Source: Octopus vulgaris (Eukaryota). Taken from it: DNA of 64,000 bases. Under the pieces are notes generated by a model. That model was not told where the DNA came from, searched no databases, and saw only the letters and a list, made by a program, of their open reading frames with translations. Each line of letters starts with the position of its first letter. Within the stretch, counting starts at the first letter, position 1. The position numbers and the translations under genes were made by a program. The DNA is taken from contig OX597815.1 in NCBI GenBank assembly GCA_951406725.2, positions 171,058,001 through 171,122,000 of the forward strand, in the 5' to 3' direction. Shown here piece after piece: positions 53,277-64,000 of the stretch.

Positions 53277-53390
53277 AGTTTTTATATCAACTCATGGAAC
53301 CAACTGGGAATTCTTAGTCATTTATGGCAAACCTGGGAAGAAAGAGATTCCATCCGTGGACCATCCCGTTTCGATATTTTTTCAAAACTT

Positions 53391-53608
53391 GGTGTAGGAG
53401 TGGCTGTGTGGTGAGTAGATTGCTTACCAGCCACATGGTTCGAGGTTCAGTCCCACTGCGTGGCGGGCAAGTGTCTTCTACTATAGCCTCGGGCTGGCCA
53501 AAGCCTTGTGAGTGGATTTGGCAGACGGAAACTGAAAGAAGCCCGTCGTATATATATCTGTGTGTGTGTGTGTGTGAGTATGTGTGTGTGCGTGCGTGTG
53601 TGTTGTGC

Positions 53609-53645
<37 letters not shown>

Positions 53646-53674
53646 CGTGTGTGCGTTGTGCGTGTGTTGTGCGT

Positions 53675-53718
<44 letters not shown>

Positions 53719-53924
53719 CTGTGTTTGTCCCCCCAAAATCGCTTGACAACCGATGCTGGTTTGTTTACGTCTCCGTAACATAGTGGTTCGGCAAAACATA
53801 CCGATAGAATAAGTACTAGGCTTACAAATAATAAGTCGTAGGGTCGATTTGCTCGACTAAAAAGGCAGTGCTCCAGCATGGCCGCAGTCAAATGACTGAA
53901 ACAAGTAGAAGAGTAAAGAGAGTA
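53391..53924 (+). mobile_element. family 2 tRNA-derived SINE, full length
   Basis: GGTGTAGGAGTGGCTGTGTGG (A box) ... GGTTCAGTCCC (B box), GGGCAAGTGTCTTCTACTATAGCC (CORE-like, inferred), internal (TG)n, tail AAGAGTAAAGAGAGTAA. Confidence 0.92.
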
Positions 53925-54000
53925 ACCTGCATCACATTATATGTCTCAGGACAACGTGTAATCTGAGGAATTTGGGATTCATTATTATACAGTGCCCTAA

Positions 54001-54220
54001 GGCGTTGACTTGGCAGAATCGTTAACTCACTGGACAAAACGCTTAGCAGCATTTCGTCTGTCTATACGTTCTGAGTTCAATTTCCGCCGTGTTGACTTCG
54101 CCTTTCATCCTTTCGCAGTCGATAAAATAAGCAGCAGTTGAGCATTGGAATCGATCTAATCGATTTACACTCTCCCCACGAAATTGCTGGTCTTCTGCCA
54201 AAATTTGAAACCATTATTAT
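54001..54220 (+). mobile_element. family 1 SINE
   Basis: GGCGTTGACTTGGCAGAATCGTTAAC...GCCTTTCATCCTTTCGCAGTCGATAAAATAAG...GCCAAAATTTGAAACCATTATTATT. Confidence 0.88.
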
Positions 54221-54667
54221 TTAAGAGAGTGGAGACGACAGAGCGTCTGACAAAATGCAAAATGAATTTGATAGTTCCCTTCAAGTTGTGAGTTCGATTT
54301 CAACTGAGTTTGACTTCGCCTTTTACTCGTGTCTTGCTTAGAAATATCAGTAACATAGACTCTCCTCATCATCCTTCTTATGTATTAGAAGTATATTGGG
54401 TCTGTTTTACTTAATTACAGACATGTGTTTCTAGAAACACGTATAACTACATGCGTACACACGCGCACGTACACACACATACACACACACACACACACGC
54501 ACACACGGTGCATTTGAACATTGCATTGTACGAAAAGAAAGATGAAAAGAGAACTCAGTACCATGCTATAAAGTATATTGGTTTACTGAAATTGAATTCT
54601 TTTTATCATAATACACACACTTAAATACACGCACGCATATGTGTATGTGTGTATGTATGTGTGTGTG

Positions 54668-54706
<39 letters not shown>

Positions 54707-55050
54707 ATATATATATACATATACAGATATACACTTACACATACACGCTTTTGTATACACACATACAGGAAGTGTGGAGACAGTTAAGTAGAAAACTGGT
54801 AGAGCGCCAGACTGAATATGTTTTAGCATTTAGTCTTGTGCCTTTATCTTGCATGTTCAAATAACGACACTATTGACAGTGTATTTTCCAGTACTCCGAG
54901 GATCGATAATATAAGTAACATGTCAGTACTCAAGTTGATTCAATGAAACTTCGCCACGCCCTCAGCAGCTAACGAATTTTGTTTGTGGTCTAATACCTAT
55001 AGTAAAAAATCATTATTGTTCTACCACAAATATATATGTTTGTATATATG

Positions 55051-55087
<37 letters not shown>

Positions 55088-55743
55088 GGGGGGGGAGGAA
55101 GACGGAGGTAGTGAGAGAGAGAGAGACAGTGTGATAGAGAGACAGAGTGAGAGAGAAAGTTCTTTGTTAAGGAGTAAACATATAAGAATGACAGAATGAA
55201 AGACAGAAAGTGAGAAAGAGAAGAAAAAAAACGAGGGAAAGATAGAAAGAATCAATGAAAGAATGATGAAAGAATAAAATGAAAGAAGGAAAAATAGACA
55301 AAGAAAGTTACAGTGAATCGTTGAAAAGCACTCTGTAAACCTTTTCGGTTGTGGCTGTTAATATTGATTATTTTTTTTTTATGACAATGCGCGGAAGTAA
55401 TTCTCAGTACCAATTGAATTTCTATCCAAATTAGTTTACTGGTATTTACGGATGAGAAAGAAGTAAAGTTGAACCAGAAGGGATAGTGACGGAGTTTAGA
55501 GGGCCTTATAGTTTAGGTGGCAAAAAATTTCAGTTTTTTTTTTTCTTTTTTCATATATATATATATATACACATAATCAATCCTTCTGTTCTGTAGTAGG
55601 TCTAACAAAACAAATGGGATAGTAGTGTAGATGAACTGAAATATTTTTCAAGCAAGAATATGTTTTATGTCTATTTTATGAAAGTCGCCAGTGGCAGCAA
55701 GCATGCACACACAAACGCAACAACACACACATGCATACATACA

Positions 55744-55775
<32 letters not shown>

Positions 55776-55939
55776 CATACATATATGTGAGTGTGTTTGT
55801 GTGTGTGTGTGCTATACGTAGTATATATATATAAGCATACATAAGGCATACGTATATTAATACATGTATATATACACACATATATTTATATACATAACTG
55901 TGTGTGCATGTGTTCATTATATGTATATGTATGTACATA

Positions 55940-56255
<316 letters not shown>

Positions 56256-56300
56256 GCGTGCGTGTGTGTGTGTGTGTTTTGAATTGACTATTATATACAG

Positions 56301-56331
<31 letters not shown>

Positions 56332-56769
56332 CATATTTGTAGTAGGTCAAATAAATACATATATATACATACACACACTGGTGCCTTTAGGTTTCATTTG
56401 AATATGTTGTGTATGGTGTGTATGTCTGCATGTATGATTATGTGCGTGCGTGTGTTCGCGTGTTATGACGACAAAAATGTCTCACTGTTGCCTGATCAGT
56501 TGTCACACGTGGCAAGAAACAATATGTAGACACGTAAGTAATCAGTTGGGAATACATACATACATACATACATACATACATACATACATACATACATAAC
56601 CATATATATGTGCATCATATATGCAGATATAAACACATAATCATATACGTACACACCCCCACATATATATATATATATTTCTAAGAGTTATACGTTCTTG
56701 TCCATGTTGTATTTTTCTACATACCTTAATATATATATATATATATATATATAAATATATATTAATTCA

Positions 56770-56786
56770 TAGACAGATAGATAGAT

Positions 56787-56843
<57 letters not shown>

Positions 56844-56856
56844 CAGATAGATAGAT

Positions 56857-56949
<93 letters not shown>

Positions 56950-56950
56950 C
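56770..56950. repeat. (GATA)n microsatellite
   Basis: Direct reading. Confidence 0.97.
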
Positions 56951-57504
56951 AGACTCAATGCCATTAGATAGAGGTGAATAACAGTATCTATTCAATGTTG
57001 AGTCTTTGCGAGTCGCAAATTTGAGTTTCTCATCACTAACACACGCACACCAACACACAGACATACTCACGCATGCACTACTCTCACGCACAGACACATA
57101 AGCATTTATGTATACACACGCACGCACGTACACACACGCGCGCGCGGGCACACACACACAAACACACACACACATATTAGTATTTATATATATACACACA
57201 CACGCACATGCACGCACGCACGGACATATATAGTAGATGTAACTTTCGTTACATATACATACATGAAATATACAGATATGCATACTTATGTATGTATGCA
57301 CACACATAGATGCATACATGTTAGTATATATTTTGTAGATAGTTACATGCATGCATACATGAGAACATACATGCAAAAATGAAGACTATGTAGAATGGAT
57401 ACATTCAAAAAATACAGACATGCAGACAATGCATACAGCCATAGAGTCCACCGCATACAAAAATACATACACACACATATATACATACATAGAATACATA
57501 CAGA

Positions 57505-57673
57505 GGCGTAGGAGTGGCTGTGTGGTAAGTAGATTACATACCAACCACATGGTTCCGGGTTCAGTCCCACTGCGTGGCACCTTGGGCAAGTGTTTTCCAC
57601 TATAGCCTCGGGCCGACCAAAGCTTTGTGGGTAGATTTGGTAGGCGGAAACAGAAAGAAGCCCGTCGTATATA

Positions 57674-57736
<63 letters not shown>

Positions 57737-57900
57737 ATGTATATGTTTGTGTGTCTGTGTTTGTCCCCCCCCCCCAACATCGCTTGATAATCGATGCTGG
57801 TGTGTTTACGTCAAATAATGTAAGGGGTTGATTTGCTCAACTAAAAAAGGCGGTGCTCCAGCATGGCCACAGTCAAATGACTGAAACAAGTAAAAGAATA
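57505..57900 (+). mobile_element. family 2 SINE with internal deletion
   Basis: GGCGTAGGAGTGGCTGTGTGGTAAG...CACCTTGGGCAAGTG...(TA)n(TG)n...GCTCCAGCATGGCCACAGTCAAATGACTGAAACAAGTAAAAGAATA. It lacks about 60 bp present at 53775-53835. Confidence 0.92.
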
Positions 57901-58574
57901 CATACATTTAAAAATACGTACATATATACATACACACATACATAGTATACATCCAAACATATAACACACACATACAAAAATACATCTATACATATATATA
58001 CATACAAACTTAGAACACACACACACACACACACATGCAGTGATATAAACATTGATGTTTTGTGTATCATTTTTTTTTTTTTAAGCGAGAATGAAATTTA
58101 AGTATTGAAAGTAGAGGTGGAGAAGCGACGTGTGTTTGTATTTCGTGTAGGCATGTGGCATAGGGTTGACTATAGACACAAAGTTGTTGTAGACATCATT
58201 AGTTAGTTTACTGTCTGGGTACAGTGGGATGAAATCAAACAGGCGGGGGGAGTGACGTGCAATGGTGTTTTACAGAGAAATGTAGACAGTGAAGACGAGT
58301 GAAACTATTACCTTTAATTAAGACAGAAGCCATGTAAATTCCTCTGTTTTTTGTTATTTTTTTGTTTTGCTTCCTTTTGTTTGTTTTTTTAGCCACAGTG
58401 CCAATAGGTGCAGCGCTATGCTGGCTAGCGAATATGTTTTAACATTACAGCCAGATCCAAGAATATAGAGTCGGGGCGCACATGCGTACACACACCCGTT
58501 CGCTCACACAAATTCACGTACACACACCACATGTGCGTACGAACCAGCATACACTGAAACGTAACTTAGATATA

Positions 58575-58730
58575 TGTATAGTTTGTTGAACTGCTAGAAA
58601 TAATTGCTAATTTCTAATTTCCTTATGTGGATTCTAAAGTGCATGGGACGGAAAGAGCATTTTGGACATACTGGGCGGGACTGCCACGGCTAGAATGCCT
58701 TTGATCATAATTTCACCCAGTCAGAGTTAA
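58575..58730 (+). mobile_element. ancient interspersed repeat (family 4); related pieces at 63505-63670 (+), 46590-46665 (-) and 32410-32560 (+)
   Basis: Shared words CTG(C/T)TAGAAATA and GAATGCCTTTGATCATA/GATTACCTTTGATCATAGG among copies; highly diverged. Confidence 0.5.
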
Positions 58731-59391
58731 TCATCGTCACCATCATTATCATCATCATCGATAGTACCACTACATCACCGCTCCCATCATCATCATCATC
58801 ATCATCATCATCACGATCATCTCAATAACATTAAAAATAACTAAACTCAGAAAAAATACATAAGGAGTGAAGTCTAAGCAATCATACTCAAATGGTCATT
58901 ACCCAAAAGGCTTATAGATTCATCATATTCACCGCGAGAGGGGGGATTCCACTGGTTATATTATATATATATATAGGTGGAGGTATCTATGTATATGTAC
59001 TATATATTATCATTCATGGTATCACATGCACTCATTCACTCACTAATGTGTACATACATATACACACTCACGCACACATACATGTATATACACACACACA
59101 CACACACACACACTCAAATATATATATGACAGCACAAGTTTCACACTATATATATATATATATATATAAGATAACGGGTTTAGAGTGAAGAAACGCTATA
59201 GAGCGAAACGCTTTATGGACAGGAAACCCCGGGCAACCCCATAAACCGGTCATATCTTTCTTTATCTGTATACTTACTGACGATATATGCGCGCGTGTGT
59301 GTGTGTGAGTTACAGCCGGAGAGAAATATCGATAGATAGACAGATAGATAGAAAGAGGGAGTCTCACACACACACACACACATATATATAT

Positions 59392-59431
<40 letters not shown>

Positions 59432-60236
59432 TGAGACAGACAGAGAAAGAGAGAGAAATAGAGATAGGTACATTTATATACATTTCTGTGGGTGTGTGCA
59501 TAAACATACAGACCCTGATTAAACCATTCAGCATAGTAAGCACGTGCTTTGGGGACTGAAGGAAGTAGGCATGCCTCACAGTTTATTTCCGGGGCCGAAT
59601 TTACCATGAGACATAAAGAAAAATTTACTAATGACTTCTTCATTTTAATAATAATAATGATGGTTTATTTATTTAACTAACAATAGAAATAATGTTAGAA
59701 AATGATAAAATATAGGGAGATTAAACGAATGAACGTTGTTTTTTCTTCTTGTCCCCCAAGGATGAGTAAATACCTTGCTTATATTGCTCAGTTTTAATTT
59801 AACGTTAAATAAATATAATTAATAACCAGGTTATATTTAATATAGTTATAGGGATCGGACTGGGGATGGGGTGGAAACTAAACTCAGTTATTAATCGTAT
59901 TATTTCAAATTTAACATTAGTATACCTTAAATGTCTTCTCTGTTAGATAATGGAAGGGTTGAAAGGAGATGGTGGCTGAGGGGAGGAGAGGCATCATGGT
60001 GGTTTATACTTAGGGCGTCAGTTGGCCTTAATCCTGTCTTGTAATTATACATGTATGCCTCTATTAATATTATATGAATTCGAAACCGCAAAGGACTTGA
60101 TTGGACTTGTAAAGTGCAATCAACCACGCACACACCTACATAAATATATACATAAATATATATATATATGTGTGTGTGTGTATGTATGTATATATAAGAA
60201 AATATTGTTTCTTTCTGTATGTTCATACATTCATAC

Positions 60237-60314
<78 letters not shown>

Positions 60315-60568
60315 ATATGCATACATTTTCGTAGAGAGAGTATTATTATTCTTTTTATTATTATTATTATCATCCACCACTAGCCCTCCCCCGCACCTTT
60401 TTTTTTTGTTAACCCTTGTTATACTATGTATATTTCCCTTCTTTTTCATTGTATACCTTGTATACATACCCTCCACACACACACACACACTTTATGTCTA
60501 TTTTGTATAGCACCTCCACCTCATCTTTCACCCCGGTGGCAAATAAATGAAATCAACATTATTATCAC

Positions 60569-60604
<36 letters not shown>

Positions 60605-60809
60605 AATCACGCTCACACTTGGTACTGGTGGCTCGGTCATAGACACGGAAGCGACTACATGCAAGCAGAATTGTGATCACATGCATTCACGTGCTAAAAT
60701 CGTATCATTTCAATGCATGTAGCAGCATGTCTTTAGTGACATATTTATATATACGAACATTAAACTCTAAACACACACACACACACACGAGTGCAGACAG
60801 ACAGGTAGA

Positions 60810-60822
60810 AAGATAGATAGAC

Positions 60823-60909
<87 letters not shown>

Positions 60910-60922
60910 CAGATAGATAGAT
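60810..60922. repeat. (GATA)n microsatellite
   Basis: Direct reading. Confidence 0.97.
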
Positions 60923-61049
60923 ATGCACGCACACACATACATATATATATCTGAGCAAGCATGCTCCTGTATGATCATATACAAAAATACGGTATCTATA
61001 TACAAGAAACATGTTTGAATCTAGTGAAATACGACAGTTATTAAAGCTC

Positions 61050-61155
61050 ATAAAATAAATATAAAATAAATTAATATAAAATAAATTAATATAAAATATA
61101 TTAAAATAAAAAAACAAATTAATATAAAATAAATGAAATTGATATAAAATAAATA
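61050..61155. repeat. AT-rich 15-bp minisatellite (ATATAAAATAAATTA)n
   Basis: Several degenerate units read directly. Confidence 0.8.
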
Positions 61156-61877
61156 TCTACTTATAACTGGCACGTACGAACAAAAATCATATATTCTGAT
61201 ATTCTACTAATAAAACTGACTTCTGGAAGTACCTGAGTGTTTGATATTGTTTCTTTTGATTAAAACACAGTCCCTACTGAGCACGAGAAGAAAGATAAAC
61301 TCCACTCCATGAAAACTAACGAAAATAAACAAACAGGTCAAATCAAAAAGGAAAGGAAAGTCGAAGATTATATTTAGATCCAGTTTATATAGTTTCTTAA
61401 GTTACAAAGTTACATTTTACGGCGATGTTTATGTTACTGAAATATACGTATACCCTGTGGGATTTTTTTATAGTTATAAAACAGGAGAGAAAGACCCAAC
61501 ACGCGGTGTATATCCGGGAAGTACGTGGATTTTGTAAGGAGTTATGGGAGAACTAACTACATTAAGGCGAATAATTTGAAGGTAGAATATCATTCAGAAT
61601 GGTAATCGAGTGGAAAAGCCGGTCAGCTTCGTTTCAGAACACAAATGTGCTTCGTTATGATATGATGAACGTGTGTGTTATTGGCGTGCACACATGTGTG
61701 CATGTGTATGTACATATATATGTGTGTGTGTGCACTGTGTTAGGAAGTTAAACAGAACACAAAGACAGATAGTTAGAAAGAGCGACAGATGAGAATACTT
61801 CAGAGTACATACGTGCATATACAGGTAAATAAATAAATAAACACACACACACACACAGGCAAACAAACATACACATG

Positions 61878-61932
<55 letters not shown>

Positions 61933-62575
61933 TTATACATACACGCGCGCAATAAGAATAGTAGTATCAACGATGTTTATGAATATGTATATACGTATAT
62001 AAATATATATACGACAAAAGAAACACACACATATACAATAGATTGACTTTAGTAGATTCCTAGAGAGAATGTTGGACTTACTTGTCTTTCCGAAGCGGAC
62101 AAGCATATGTTTAAGAAAGATATTAACGAAGTCCACGATATGTACAGTGATGCATGAGTGCTCCGCTACTCTTTTGCTTAGAGAGTTGCGGTTAGTCGAG
62201 AGTTTTCATCATCGGCACCAGGGTGAATGCTTGTACTACTACTACTACTAACTACTTAGTAAAGGAATAGCTGCAGCTGTTGATGGGAAAATAATAAGAA
62301 GAAGGAAGAAGAAGACGACTACGAGGGAGAAGATACAAGTATGAAATAAGAAGACGAACGGGAAGAAGAAGGAAAAGAAAAGGAAAAATAGAATGAGGAG
62401 GAGTGTGAGGAAGAGGAGGAAAGAAGGGAAGACGGAGGGGGAGAAGCAGTTGAATCGAGGTGGGGGAGGCGCTTTTTTTACCTAGCAGCATCTCAACACT
62501 AAAGTAATTAAAAAGAAAAGCAAAACGAGGACAAAAAAACATAAAAGAAAAAAAAAATGGAGAACGCTACCCTTT

Positions 62576-62608
<33 letters not shown>

Positions 62609-62637
62609 ATAAATATATATATAATATCTATATTTTA

Positions 62638-62681
<44 letters not shown>

Positions 62682-62746
62682 TACATATAAACATATACAT
62701 ACACATATCTATCTGTATACATATATATATATATACATATTCATAT

Positions 62747-62777
<31 letters not shown>

Positions 62778-63104
62778 GATGTATATAGGTAGATAGCTAC
62801 ATACAATTATATGTGTGTGTGTGTGTGTGTGTGTGTATGCGTGCGTGTGTGTGTGTGTGCGTGTGTATACCCAACGCCATCACTACCACAGACAATATCA
62901 TTACGGCTGCTACTAGTGTTGCCATTGCTTCTCGTAAATTTGTTAGCTTCTCGTAAATTTCGAATACTGCTGAAGATGGTTGTGACAGCGTATCAAGGGG
63001 GTGAGGTGCTTGTTGCGATGAAGCCTGGGTGGTGGCGGTGGTGGCGGTGAATGTTGGGGGGGAGAGATATTGTTCTTATATAAAGGTATTGTAGGCAGTG
63101 GTAA

Positions 63105-63111
63105 TAATGAA

Positions 63112-63150
<39 letters not shown>

Positions 63151-63233
63151 AGTGGTGGTGATGGCGGCGGCGTTCGTCAATTCGCGGCAATATTACTCAC
63201 TGTTCAGTATTCAAAGCTATCTTTCTTTCTCTG

Positions 63234-63302
<69 letters not shown>
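63105..63302. repeat. (GAT)n and (CT)n microsatellites
   Basis: Direct reading; source of the poly-D/M/H and LS-repeat ORFs. Confidence 0.95.
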
Positions 63303-63307
<5 letters not shown>

Positions 63308-64000
63308 CACCATTATCTGTTGTACTTACTGACGCTGCCGAAATTTCACTATACAATATTTACAGGCACTTGTAATCGTTGGGAGAGGCATATATTTCAC
63401 CACATCTCGTTTACTCTTTTTCTCTAAAAGTTTAGAACTTCCCAAAATATATATATATAATAGAATAACGACTTGTGGTTTCGAGTCTAGAAAGGGGCTT
63501 AAGGGCCTCTATATGGTCACTCGATCTGTTAGAAATAGTTAGCAGATCTCCCTCAAATTACGGAAAAACATATTGGATGATATTGACCTACATGTCCCTA
63601 AATAAATGGAGTGGTCACTTCTGGCATGCATTTCATCATTACTCTGCTTGATCTCGAGCTAAACCACTAACACCATCACAACAGTAATAACGTGTGTATT
63701 TTCTAATCCGGCACAAATACCCTATCGTTCGAGGAAGAAAATATAACACGGATTACCGTCAAAGGTATGTCTTTCTCAATGGCATTAGGGGCATGAATAA
63801 AGAAAATATAATAATGGACTAAACAGAAAAGGAGGGGACATGTAGGATGGAGATTCGGTGAAGAGGTCACAGGATGTGTGACGAAAGACTTCGAACAAAG
63901 GACACTAAATTAAGAAGAAGTATATTAAAGCTGAAGTGAAGACTAAGTATAACAGTGCGTGTGGTTAATTGGCAAAAATATGACCAACCCCTAAATATAA

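Noticed and set aside
62980-63427. Poly-Asp/His/Met ORFs
   Set aside because: These are (GAT)n, (GGT)n and (CT)n repeats with no domain content or splice support.

Overview
AT-rich, microsatellite-dense eukaryotic DNA. I found no supportable host protein-coding gene, rRNA, true tRNA or CRISPR array. Nearly all ORF-track entries are translations of (TA)n, (CA)n, (TATG)n or (GATA)n tracts. The SINE repertoire and microsatellite load suggest an intergenic or intronic region of a coleoid cephalopod (Octopus-like) genome; this is recognition from memory, not a database result. The window is a layered transposon graveyard. It holds at least three tRNA-derived SINE families and non-LTR relics (R4/Dong-like, CR1-like, RTE, Penelope GIY-YIG). 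It also holds a rearranged ~0.5 kb Gypsy mini-element, DNA-transposon relics (two mariners, a Charlie/Buster hAT, probable EnSpm and Academ/XPG) and three Helitron pieces. The most interesting structure is a young ~2.9 kb non-coding Penelope-like or retrozyme-like element at 17374-20315. It has 278-bp near-identical inverted arms, each carrying a minimal type I hammerhead ribozyme motif, around a tandemly duplicated G/T-skewed core. Other notable items are a SINE trimer inside one 21-bp target-site duplication (TSD), a twin-priming 5' inversion on an RTE LINE, two unrelated Helitron bodies sharing one 3' end, a SINE-mariner chimera and a Fox/GATA motif cluster.
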